Source of the DNA: Fimbriosthenelais zetlandica
Taxonomy: Eukaryota
Assembly (NCBI GenBank): GCA_977030845.1
Contig: OZ365113.1
Location: 22,320,001 to 22,384,000 of the forward strand
Direction of reading: 5' to 3'
Length of the DNA stretch: 64,000 nt
Positions 1-11,410 of the stretch are shown here, piece by piece. A program made the translations under genes and the position numbers. The notes beneath the pieces are model-generated. The model made no database searches. It was given only the letters and a program-made list of their open reading frames with translations, and was not told where the DNA came from. Position 1 is the first letter of the stretch. Each line of letters opens with the position of its first letter.

Positions 1-199
1 TGGCGTCTGAAATTTTCTCAATCTCCCTATCACTCCCTCGACTGTTGCCAGGGCAACTGGTTTTGTTTTGATGGGTGGTGAGAGTCGTTTGCATCCTGCC
101 AGACTTGGTGAGAGTTGTAAATTTGCACTTTTATTGCTCACCAATATCGTTTACAGACACATCATCGTCGGAGATACCTTTTTTGGGGGGTCGGGATTG

Positions 200-600
200 G
201 GCGGTCAACCTCCAAAGGCGGTCTGTGAAGCAGGTATTTGAGTGAGGAGATTTGCATGGAAATAAGATTTTGTATCAAAAAACGATCAGGTATCGAGAAT
301 TGGGACTAGAAATGGCAGATTGAGGTATTTTGGGAATGTTTACGAAGGGCTGAGTGTCGCTGCTTGAATAAGCAGATTGTTGGAGTTTTTAAAAAGGGGC
401 CTCGCCTGTGTTTGAGAGATGTAAACTCCAACTCATTTTAGCTCATTCTTCATATCATATTTTGGGATAATATCTAACAATAATGAGCAATTCCTCCAGG
501 AAAATATTCCTTACGATCTTGTAATCGAATTGTAGTAATGCAAATGCAAGAATATTGAGTATAGGATTTTATGCATTGTACATTGTTAATATCTATTTGC
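200..600 (-). mobile_element. Decayed L2/CR1-group LINE, 3' part of ORF2
   Basis: Minus-strand frames give YSIFLHLHYYNSI and ISQTQARPLFKNSNNLL, resembling the post-RT C-terminal motifs of L2/Crack-type LINEs (Y.SL...HL.YC..IW; H..PLFK.LNIL). Stops and frameshifts present. By-eye match. Confidence 0.4.
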
Positions 601-1378
601 TGATTGGGTTTGTACTGGGAAGGGGGCCTACGACGCAGTGTTATTTCATTATTTTTCTTTCATAGTTTGACATCAAACTAATTGGGCGTGTGTTGTAATT
701 GTGTTTTTTCTCTCTTGAAGCCTCTGTATCTGCTACAAGCAGGTGATGATTTAGAAATTGAGGAAGCCTTGGCAAGCTTCCAAACTCTCTAGGCATAAGC
801 TGGCTTGTCAGTTTAACTTAGGAATGGAATCAATCACTTGTGGGCATGAATAGAAAAACGTGAAGGCCGAGGCAGAGGCGTAGGCAGAGGTAGAGGAGGT
901 GGACAAGGTAGAGGGATGGGTATCTCGTCTACTTAGTGTCTCCATCCAGAATTTAAAATGAATTGAACATCAGGAATGTCAGATATCAATGAAAGGGATT
1001 CATGTTTAGATGAATTTATACCTTTTGTAGATTCTCCACCCAGAGTTTACAGATAAAGGCTTCCAAGATGACTAGGAAATCTAAAAATTGATATCTTATT
1101 TTAGGAACCCCATTGAGTTAAGTTGAATGGAGTTGTGGAACTCTTTATTCCTGATAATTTTTTGGCTTTAGAAATGTGAGGGTAATCATATGAAGGACTA
1201 ATGCTAACAGGGAGCTGATGATGTATTTATTACCCCGGGCTATGTGGTCACAAATGATAGAGTCAATGGCCAATGGCCACCAATGATCGAGTCTTATATA
1301 TGCAATTACTGCTGGTCCCAAGGCTACTATTATAATAGGACCCTGGCCATACTAACTCAATAAGGTGGAAGGTATTAA

Positions 1379-1583
1379 AGCGACACCCTCACTGATCACC
1401 ATTATACTTCTAACTATGTCGGTTTAAGATCGATGCATGCTGTTTGACCCCGATTCAAAGTCGGGCGTTGGCTGCCAAGAAAAAGAGCAGTCGGGCAGAG
1501 ATGAAGTCTGTAGTCTATAACGAAAGGATGGAGTGATGGAGCTAAGAGAGAGTGAAATACAAGGAGTTGGTGATAGACCCGCT
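1379..1583 (+). mobile_element. ~200-bp TTAA-flanked MITE (Kolobok-like), copy 1
   Basis: TTAA at 1375-78 and 1584-87. Ends AGCGACACCCTCACTGATC / GTTGGTGATAGACCCGCT are imperfect TIRs. Core ATGCTGTTTGACCCCGATTCAAAGTCGGGCGTTGGCTG is shared with the copies at 24.8, 46.1 and 63.7 kb. Confidence 0.7.
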
Positions 1584-2149
1584 TTAAGAGCGTCTGTTCT
1601 GGTAATCTTTGTATACCACCCAGTTGTAATAGCCTGGGTCAATGGAGCCTTTCCTTATACTGCTTGTAAGTAGTATATAAAAATATGCCTCTGAACAAGG
1701 CAGTATCCCTCACTGGGTTGCATAACTGTTAACATATAATTAATTAATTCAGTTTCCAAGGGTCTTTTTGGTTCCCTTGGGTATATGCTCCGTTGCTATG
1801 GCAATAATTGCTATGTGATGGGAGGAATTATAGAACAATATGTGTTGTGCTTGACATATTTAATCACTTTCATTTTCCAGTAAATTCCCCACTTTGCATT
1901 GGCTATTATTTCGTTTATGTCCCCATTCACCTCCCTGTAAAAGTACGACCCAAGTAGAACAGGAAGATAAATGTTGTTAACAAGACAAACAAGGTCTTGC
2001 CTCGGTAATTAAGATGCTAATGATTCGAACAAGACTGAACCTAATTATTGCTTTTAACGCTCCTCCTGGAGCGATGGCTGCGCTATAGAATAGTGGCACG
2101 GCAAGACAAATTCTACTTTCAATTTAACTTGGTTTTTGCTGTGCAACTA

Positions 2150-2229
2150 CAGTCTGTTCACTCTAAGTTGATCCGAAACCACAGTACATATGTATGGTAG
2201 TTTCGGATCAACTTAGAGTGAACAGACTG
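2150..2229. mobile_element. Ultra-short Tc1/mariner(pogo)-type MITE, perfect hairpin
   Basis: TA|CAGTCTGTTCACTCTAAGTTGATCCGAAAC (30-bp TIR), 20-bp spacer, perfect reverse complement, then TA. A TA TSD with CAGT termini is typical of Tc1/mariner/pogo elements. Confidence 0.85.
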
Positions 2230-2409
2230 TATAGCTGCTGCTTCAGTTTAGCTTGGTTTTTGCTGTGGCCTTGGAGATGAACTTGACTTGGTTTTGCTGT
2301 ACAATAGCTAGACCTTCAATTTGGCTTTTCTTCTTTTCCATTATTCTAGGATTATTAAACTGAACAATCCAAAACTTGCAAACAAAAGTTCACTTCTATC
2401 CATGAGTGT

Positions 2410-2643
2410 CTAACTATGATGGTAGATTTGGGAAGTTATAGGCGGAATACAGGAGTGAATTAATAGACCCTGGAAGAAGCAAATGCATGAGACATGAAAT
2501 AGTGCATCTACAGGCCTAGTATAACATACGAGACGTAAATTATTAACACCCAGAATGATCCCAGAGTGATGCATCGTCCCCATCCACACCACCCTGTCCG
2601 TGCTTAATAAATACTGCACCCACGACTTGTGATGTCCTCTCAC
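2410..2643 (-). mobile_element. Possible LINE AP-endonuclease remnant
   Basis: ORF segment ILGVNNLRLVCYTRP resembles the APE 'I.IG..YRPP' motif; no other support. Confidence 0.2.
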
Positions 2644-3500
2644 TCCCTACTGCCAGTGTTAGGGTGGATGACATTAAGAATATTTCATCACTAACATATG
2701 GCAAGTTACACGCCCCAAGCTGGCAATGACAGAGATAGGTGTCTTCTATACATAATACATGCTTACATAGCCCCCATGTAGCTACTGGCTCCCCTAGTGG
2801 TGTGTAGGGGAGTGATAGATGCTACATCTACTGGTAGCTTCTCTTTAACGGAGTGTGTGTGGGGGGTGGGGGTGGGGGCGAAACCAGCAGGGATGGGGGA
2901 CACTCGGTAAAAAGAAAAACCAATGCATTATAAATCACAATGAAAAGTCAAGCCAAGTAAAAAATGATCGGTATCAGAACCCCTTTAACGCATTCTATTC
3001 CATTATACAATTTCATCACATTCTCTCTGTCTTTCCACAAGCAATGGTAGGCGAACTGAAAGCATTAATGAAATCCAGAACAAGATTGATGCTTTCATTG
3101 CCATGTTTTACATGTGAATTACATGGTAGATGTTCTTTTTCATGGTGGAAACTGGTTTTGGGCCGAGTTTTCTTTCTAGGGACGATCAGTCCAGAAATGC
3201 CGAGTCATGACTGAGGGGACTAACAAGCGGAAGTGGCTTGACGACCTGCGCATGCGATCTGATCGTCATCCGCCATGCCAGCAGCCCCTTCCATGGACAT
3301 GAAAACATTAGTTAAGGCTTGGATTATGCTTAAGCATTTCCATGATTGAGTGCAGGCCATATTTTAGCAAGCCATTCTTGATGACCCTTCCACGATCTCC
3401 CATATCATTGAAGCTGTTCTATAGAAGAGCAAACCATTAAGTGCCGACAAAGTGTTTCCTAATTGTTCAGTTGGAATAGCAAAGTTATAGAGGTATTATG

Positions 3501-3548
3501 GCTGAAATACTGCTGACTGGACGTTAAGCAATTGTTACTACTCACTCA
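3501..3548 (+). mobile_element. SINE-like 3' tail fragment
   Basis: GCTGAAATACTGCTGACTGGACGTTAAGCAATTGTTACTACTCACTCA resembles the 'GCTGAAATATTGCT...GCGTTAAA+(CACT)n' 3' ends of lophotrochozoan SINEs (recalled, not searched). Confidence 0.35.
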
Positions 3549-3839
3549 GGCATTTGCAGACAAAATCGGGTTAGCGTATTCCCGATCTAAAGCAGGCAAT
3601 TTGTGAGGGATGGGGATGATGTTAGTAGTCAATATGGAGAAGGAAATGATCACCTGTTGGGACTAAATCCTGTTACCTGGATGTCTGAATGACAGGAAAG
3701 GTCACAGGTATTATACTATAGAGCTCCCTCACTACTCTCATAGCCTTATACAAGGTAAACCAGCCTCACCCCAATTGTCGGTCATCTGCGAGCTTCTATA
3801 GTATTAATTGTATATGACTTGTATATGTATACTTTATGG

Positions 3840-4030
3840 AGGAAAGATATATGAGTGGGTTGGAGAGAGGGAAAGGGCAGGAGAGAGAGAGGGGGGGGGG
3901 GGGAGTGAGAAACGGAGAATGAAAGACGAAAAAGCTATGGCAGGGGTGTGCAGAGAGATAGATAGAGAGAGATAGAGGGTGAGAAAAAGTGAGAGGGGGG
4001 AGGGTGATGGGGAGAGAGGGAAAGGGGTCA
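3840..4030. repeat. GA-rich low-complexity tract with G14 run
   Basis: Direct inspection; G run at 3891-3904. Confidence 0.9.
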
Positions 4031-5754
4031 ATAGGTGACTTCCAAATATATACTTTTAATGGAACACTTTTGCAGTAAATAGTGGCACATTATGAGGAAA
4101 GCGCTTTAATATATCATAGTCTTAGAGGACATTGACCCCTTATAATATGCACCCTTCAACCTTCTAGAGTTAATCAAATTCACCAATGTCTAGAGTCCCA
4201 TCTCAAACCTCCCATTCGGCCCCGATCTATAAACCTGCATCACCCCAATATCACCACCACACATAAACACATCCCCCCATACAACAGTTGGCACTTTTCC
4301 ACTCCTTTGACAGAATTCCAGCGTCCATAACCAAAAAAGAGAGTACCAAGGGCTTTTCCACTATATCCATGAAGCCAAGCGCCCAAACAAGTCTTGGTCG
4401 CAAATCAAGCAGCTAAGTCTCAGGGTGATTATTGGGTCATATCCCTGTGCCAAGCTTCAAGGTAATATCGCTATTAATTCCCCCTGCCTTGTAACTCAGC
4501 TCTGAAGGTCGTGTGGCCGAGGGTTTTTCCCCATGCTGGGAGAGAGGGTATATATATAATCTCTGAAGAGGCTATGGCAAGAGTGGGTCAAGAGAACTCC
4601 TGGGACAAGCAAATTGCCTAAGGATGTTGGCAGGAATGGCTGAAGCCCCGCATTAGAGTCAAAGATAAGAAAGCCTTCGTGATGGAAAGGGTGCTGGGAG
4701 GGCTGAAACCGTTAAAGCCCTTTCCTTCAGATTTATTGCTTCATCTTCTTCTGCCTTGAGGCATATAGTAATGCAACCTCCTTAACACTGTATTCAGCTG
4801 TGGGCAAAATAGAACCATTTCATCTTTTTTTGCGGGCGAGCTAAAAACTTGCTTTATCTTCATCATAAGCTACATTTTTTCTGAATACCAGAATCACACA
4901 GTTATGCATACAGTATTCATAAAATATATTCCTGAGAAGTTTGAACTTTTATGCCTCAAGAAACCTGTACACATGGGTTGCATTAGTTTAAATGATAGCC
5001 ATAATAACTTATTCAAATAGGAAAGACCATAGATCAAAATGACATGCCTATTATTGTAATGAAGATACATTAGCAGAATGTACACGTATGTGTATGAATT
5101 CTGTGGATACATAACCAAGTTATAGACAATTGATGCATGTCTTACAAAAGAATTATCATACATGAATAGTCTGCCTTTATGTGGAACTATCTAAGGTCGT
5201 ATTTATCATTTTTAATTGCAAATGACTACCGTGGATAAATCAGTAAACATCTGAGTAAAATAAAATGTTCATTAAACTTATTCCCCCAATGCTCAAGATT
5301 ACAAAATTGCAATCATGCGACTATACTGTCCCCAATCTTTTGCAGTTGATTTTGGCCATAGTATATATCGCAGATCATGATAATAGTAGTATATTGAAAT
5401 TGTACTTTGTTGGCAGTGTGACCACACTAGTGTTGAATCAGACATATTGTCCACGCTTCCCTTGACAGTACCATTACCAGTGGTCATAATGATATTATCG
5501 GCTATAACAGACATAAGGTGGTCAAACTAACGTCCCCCTAATGGGTGATTTAACCATGTTGTGGGGGCTCGCATTGACATCCCTCTCCCCTCCCCATGGG
5601 GGCTCTGACCCCCCATCCTGCCTTTCATGTACTGCATAACACAAAATCTTCAGGGTCCAATGTTAGTGCTAAAATGTCCATCAATTTCCATGCCATGCAA
5701 TACGAATTATCCCCATGCAATTTATGTGCGTGAGAGAGTGGGTGGGGGGAGAGG

Positions 5755-5832
5755 TGGAGAGTCAGAGGCAGAGAGAGAGAGACCGAGAGAGAGAGAGAGT
5801 GAGAGAGACCGAGAGAGAGAGAGATAGAGAGC
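5755..5832. repeat. Imperfect (GA)n microsatellite
   Basis: GAGAGAGAGACCGAGAGAGAGAG... seen directly. Confidence 0.9.
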
Positions 5833-6544
5833 GAAAGGGCTTAGGGGTGAGAGGGACAGATATATCACGGACTTTTTTCTATCCCATTTTCAAATAAAAA
5901 AATAAATTCTGAAAAAATAATGCCAGGAATTCATGATAGCGACACTGTTGCCATTCATGAACACTGACAAAGGGTTAAATTGCGAACGACACCTGAGAGA
6001 CAGGAACAAGGGTTAGAGGTTCAAGACCCCCCCCCCCCCCCCCAATGGGCAATCCGGGGCCGAGTGTAACAGTCATTATTACTCCGACATAAAACTGACC
6101 AGGAGGTCCCAGTGACCACAAGTGGACATCAGTGACGGCTGACATGGTTTTACAATGATTTGTGGCCTGTACTTTGGGTGGGTCGTCACTGTGGGGGACT
6201 AGCCCAGTGGTGGCCGACTCAGAGATGGGGGTGTATAGGGGTTGAAACACATGCACCGGACCTTGAATATTTGCTATCTTGATATAAGGCAAAACTAATG
6301 CAGACACCCCCTCCCCCCCCCCCCCCACACACACACCTGTAGCAAATGTTGGAAGCAAGAAGTGTCTATGGATGAAGCCATACACATTTGATTCGTATTT
6401 TCAATTGGGGCTCATACACAATTCTCCCTTTGTACTGGAGACTTAAGACTCTGGATCGTGAGGTGATCGCTCGAAATATTGCTTAGATGTCAATAAGCAT
6501 TGAGTCTCTCAGAAATAATGTGTCTGACAGCTAATTCCCTCATA

Positions 6545-6609
6545 ATTTGCATCATTTTCATATTCAGATTACCATCAGTGATCTCCTAATCATCAGGGGT
6601 CAAAGGTCA
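6545..6609 (+). promoter_or_regulatory. Octamer ATTTGCAT plus nuclear-receptor DR1 (GGGTCA-A-AGGTCA)
   Basis: ATTTGCAT at 6545-52; GGGTCAAAGGTCA at 6597-6609. Motif match only. Confidence 0.3.
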
Positions 6610-9220
6610 TTGAATTCATTAGTGCCCCAGTGACATTTGTCGATTAGAAGTTATGAGAAATGAGAATGAGAGGTTGGGAGAGGTCGGGACGAAGGAGTTG
6701 GAAGTTGGAGGTGGGAGTTGTGGATGTATAGACAAAAAGGGAAGATCCATGATTTTGGTGGGTGGTTGGGTTGGGTGTGGGGGCGTAGTGGTTGGGGGTG
6801 TGTGTACGATCTGTTTTCAGATGGACAGTCCCTTATTTGGTGATCTATGATTCACATAAAAACCCTTTGAACTGAGACCTTTATTAGCTTCAAATACTGA
6901 CGTTACATTAAAATACAAATCAATAACTAGAATTGATCGATATTAAAAGAAAGGTCTGTCTTGTTAGGAGGAAGGGGCTGCAGGATAAACATGCATGTCC
7001 TCAGAGAGGAGGGTGGGAACGAGAGGAGGGAGAGGTTCTAGATGAATTGGACAGAGGACTGACCATAAATAGGTACTCTATCATTCCCCATAATCCCCTG
7101 TCAATGTAACAAATAGACAATACACGGGGAGATACATACCATAGCATGTACAAGGTTAGATTAGGCCTACTCAAGGGAATTCTTTGTAAACTCTTTCTTT
7201 AATATATAAGAATTGTGCATTATAAGTTACAGCCCAAATGAAAAGGCCCGTCAATCTATAGTCAGCTTAAAACTTAATAGCAATCGAATGGTATCAATTT
7301 AAAGCTGAGGAATGAATTCATATAACGCAACAGTTTCGTTTAATAACGGGTCAGTTGTCTCGATGTGCCGTGACCTTTGCACCCAGTCATGGTAGTCTTT
7401 TGATGACCAACCCGCGACACATTTAGGGAGCGAATTAGCAGACATAGTCGTTATTGATCTATGTCATCTAGCCCGAGCCCATGTTTTATAAATGATCTTT
7501 TACGACATTGGAGATTGATTAATGACCGCCTTTTGCGACATGCCGTATTTATGGTGGCGTTCAGGCCTCTCCCATCAATCCCTGCGCGACTTCCGTCCCG
7601 CGACATTACAAGATGCCTGCTAAACACTAAGCATTGGGTTCAGTCAGGCTAGAGTGTTTTATCAGATAAACATCATTCTAAGGCGGTTTTAATGGCCCTG
7701 AACAAAAAGGGTTTGGTGGAATTAAATTGAAGTAATAGAAGTTAATTCCTGTCGTGATTTAACGTCTGATATTCATCAAGGGGCATTAAGAGCTCGGTGA
7801 TGTTAAGTGCCGATTAAGAGCACCTCCATTACTGTGGATGAAGGTTTAAAAAGAAATCTCAAAGAATGTAATGTCACCAAGAGTCCCATTCCAAGCTCAG
7901 TTAAAGTACTTCATCAGACGAATTGTGTACAAGCCTTAAACATCTATTAAAGGTTGTTTCTGGGCTGATGAAACATATAGTGTCACACCCTTTTCTTCTT
8001 TATCAATAAAACGGAAAATTGACACGAAATGAATTCCTAAAAGTACTGATATTTTGCTCAGACTTAAAGTTATTCTTTCTTAGCTTACTTTCAATTGCAC
8101 CTAATTTAAGGCGAGCAATAGTAGACGAGTCTGATACCCTTTAGGTTCCCTATACTTCTCCGCACCAATAGTTATGCCTTGTAAATAAATCAGTTTTGAG
8201 GATATATATAACATAAGCAGCAATTATTTACCCAACTTTTCATGAATTGCCTACCATAGGATCACATTACACACTAGTGTACACGCTTCTGTTCTTACAT
8301 GAAACGAGACAAATGGCTGATTAAAAAAACGGATTAAAAAAATTCCATGACTCTGCTCATCCTATATCTATATCTATAGGCCTATCTATATCCCCTCCCA
8401 ACTCCCAACCCCCGACCCCCCCCCCCCCCCCCTCCGAGCGCGGGAAAACCTAACGGTTACGACGTGTACCGTCGCCTCACGTCGCTCTGATCAGCCCATA
8501 GTTCATAACGAGGCTGGGAGTGGGATATTGAGGTGAGGGGTGGCCGCTAGGCAAAAAACAAAGTAAATAACATTAAATAAATCCACATTTTCACTCCTAC
8601 ATATATCCATACCTCAGCCCTTACAAATAACAACATTCTCAACTCAGGATAAGACAGGATTAACTTCTAAATGTGAGATATTCCGCTCCCGCCACACCCG
8701 ACCACCCCTCCCGTCCGCTTCCCATTCCCACCCAGCCTGTCCCCTGGGCTGGCGGCATGCTCTCCCCACCACGAGACTGGATGCTCCAACAGGCTTGTGA
8801 AGGACACTTCATAACAGAACAAAAGGTGAGTTTTTTCATTTTGAAATGTCATAAAAGTGATGATAAACTGTTGATGAATAGTCAGGGAGTGTGTAGGGGG
8901 CTGGGGGAGGTCAGGGGGCTGTGATTAGGACAGGAATCCGATGTGTTTGACATGACCTTAGAATGTAAACAAAATGGCGGCAGATAAGGTTGCCAGGTTG
9001 GGGGAGGAAGGATCATGAAGGCGTGGAGCGGGGAGGAGGAGGTAATTATAGACATTATCCTGGCTAAACCAACAATATTAGGTGACGGGAGAGTGGACTA
9101 TACATGTATGATGAGGAATTCACGTTTAGTTTATTAGTTTTATTACCGGTACCAAGTGAGTCGTCTAATGAACAGCCAAAGTGTGACTGGAGCTAGCATG
9201 GGGGCAGCACAGTAGCCCTA

Positions 9221-9597
9221 TAGGCCTACATAGTGTCACTATATAGGCCTAGGTAGACATAGGCCTATATAGCGTCACATATAGTCCTAGGTAGACATAG
9301 GCCTAAATAGTGTCACATATAGACCTAGGTAGACATAGGCCTATATAGTGTCACATATAGTCTTAGGTAGACACAGGCCTATATAATATAGTGTCACATA
9401 TAATCTTAGGTAGACATTGGCCTATATTGTGTCACATATAGGCCTAGGTAGACATAAGCCTATATAGTGTCACATATAGTCTTAGGTAGACACAGGCCTA
9501 TATAATATAGTGTCACATATAATCTTAGGTAGACATTGGCCTATATTGTGTCACATATAGGCCTAGGTAGACATAAGCCTATATAGTGTCACATATA
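9221..9597. repeat. 38-bp hairpin minisatellite (~10 units) with a 119-bp higher-order duplication
   Basis: Unit ATATAGGCCTAGGTAGACATAGGCCTATATAGTGTCAC. Blocks 9355-9473 and 9474-9592 are identical 43+38+38 trimers. Confidence 0.95.
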
Positions 9598-9806
9598 GGA
9601 CGTCAAGGACCCTGCATTCTCCTTAGTTGTTGCTCAGAATTAAAATAATGGAAATAAATTAATAATAGTATTATATTTTGTGCACTATTATGACTGCAGT
9701 GGTGAGTCTCTCACTCGCCACCGGGTGGAGCCTCAGTGCCCCTGGTGGCGACATCTCATACTGCAGGTTACAGGCCAAGGCTGGTTGGGTTGTAATTTTT
9801 ATAGTT

Positions 9807-9869
9807 GATAATTAACAATTATCATTAGATAATTAACAATTATCATTAGATAATTAACAATTATCATTA
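9807..9869. repeat. 21-bp tandem repeat x3
   Basis: GATAATTAACAATTATCATTA, three exact copies; each contains the GATAATT/AATTATC inverted repeat. Confidence 0.95.
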
Positions 9870-10048
9870 ACATAAATCTAAAACTTGTATTATATTGTAT
9901 TAATTAACAAGGTTATTTATGTAAATCTAATATTAAGAATCAACTTCGGCTACTCGCCACGTCAGAATGTTTAAATATATTTTTTTATTTAGAATATTTA
10001 TAAAGCCATACAGGAGTGTGCTAGGCTCATTTTAAATCTGTTTTTCAG

Positions 10049-10985
10049 TTCCTGTCCTCCTTTCTGTCCTCCTTGTCTCTACATTGATGGGAAACAGAAC
10101 ATAAAGCTACAAAATATGACAAGATAGGTGAGTGGCCCATGTATTTAATAATTTTATGTCTGATTCTATTCATTTGTTGATTATATTACCATATTCTGTT
10201 TATGGAATTAATATAACATTGTCAGGAGAATTTTGTAATAACAACTTCTTGCTTTTTTTGTTTGTAGGTGTGGCCACTGACAGGCCTGACATTGACAGGC
10301 TGACCTAGCAGTGCTACCTGTCATTCACCACACGAGTCTCTGCCGTCTGTTCATCAAGGTCTCACACATTGATCATGAATCATGACTGGTCATGAATGTA
10401 CAGCGCCAGGCCGTCACAGCTACAGCAGGATTGTGTCTACGCGTCTAGATCATGGTAAGCTTCACAGCACTCACTTTATTATTTTTAATTGGATATAGGA
10501 AGAAATTCCTTAAGTACACATCAGCTGTTTTATTGACGGACAATAATCTGATGACAGAAGCAGGGCTATCCCGCCATGCTTCGACCGATACTTCAGGAGA
10601 ATTTATCTATTTTTTTAAAAATTGTTTATCAGATTTTAAGTTGTCTAAAATAAAACTTCTACCTATTATAATTTTATGAAATATATTATAACTTTTTAAA
10701 ATAATATTCTAAAATACTAGAATGTAAGACTTAGTGACAGTTGTCTCTTGAAATTTGGGTAATTTTACCTATTTTCACAACATTTCTGTATCTACCTCGA
10801 ACTTATTCGTCCGGAATATGATTTTTTTTGATTTTGTTCTTTATATTTTTTATGTTAATTTCCTCACTCTTAAAGATTTGTTTTTATTTTATTTTTCAGG
10901 TAACGTTGTGTGTTTCGTAAGTAGTTAATTATGTTGAGGGCCTGCCACATTGTTTGATTAAATTATTGTATATTGTCATGTATCC
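10049..10985 (+). ncRNA. Candidate spliced non-coding (or smORF) transcript: exons 10049-10127, 10268-10454, 10900-~10985
   Basis: Acceptors TTTTTCAG|10049, TTTTTTGTTTGTAG|10268 and TTTTATTTTTCAG|10900. Donors AG|GTGAGT at 10128 and ATG|GTAAGC at 10455. AT-rich introns of 140 and 445 bp. ATTAAA at 10957. The first two exons have stops in all frames. Confidence 0.55.
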
Positions 10986-11410
10986 CACAAACCCTGTCCA
11001 ACTACCAACCAAACCCCCAAACAAACCCCCAAACAAACTCCCAATCCCCCTACCCCCTACCCCCTATACCAACCCCTCCCCCAAACTAAACTTGAAACCT
11101 AAACTTTCCAACCTATCACATTAAATACGCTACATATGTAGACCGGGTCACTGGGAGGCGTGAAGCTGTCGTTTATTTTGTTGATTCGTTTTGTTCATAT
11201 TAGTTTTAAATGTTGAGTTGTTAAGACCTTTCAGTACATCGCCGGAATAGTCTCGGGTTCCCACTTTTTACAATTATTCCGAATAGTCATGACTCCGAAT
11301 AGTCATGTAAAACTTATATCATGAAAAATGAATATTTTTCATGGCGCCTGACTGGGTGATCCCAGTACAGGCTGAGTGGGCATGCTGAGGCACCCCACTA
11401 TAGGGAAATG

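Larger units (their letters stand above)
3050..4720 (-). mobile_element. Fragmented CR1-type LINE ORF2 (reverse transcriptase) remnant, interrupted by a GA-rich tract and a SINE-like tail
   Basis: 4410-4280 minus reads LDLRPRLVWALGFMDIVEKPLVLSFLVMDAGILSKEWKSAN (cf. CR1 'DGIHPRVLKE...PL..IF..SL..G.LP.DWKSANV'). Upstream: IPANILRQF. Near 3670-3620: DIQVTGFSPN/FLLHID (cf. GVPQGSVLGPLLFLLYIND). Near 3420: LLFYRTASMI (cf. LLYKSLVRP). Motif order is colinear on the minus strand. Confidence 0.6.

Noticed and set aside
4441-4760. Possible tyrosine-recombinase 'PHDL' motif
   Set aside because: A different frame gives a much better colinear CR1 RT match.
5975-6480. 136-aa ORF or LINE linker remnant
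   Set aside because: The ORF depends on poly-G/C runs; the similarity to LINE or DIRS is too weak to call.
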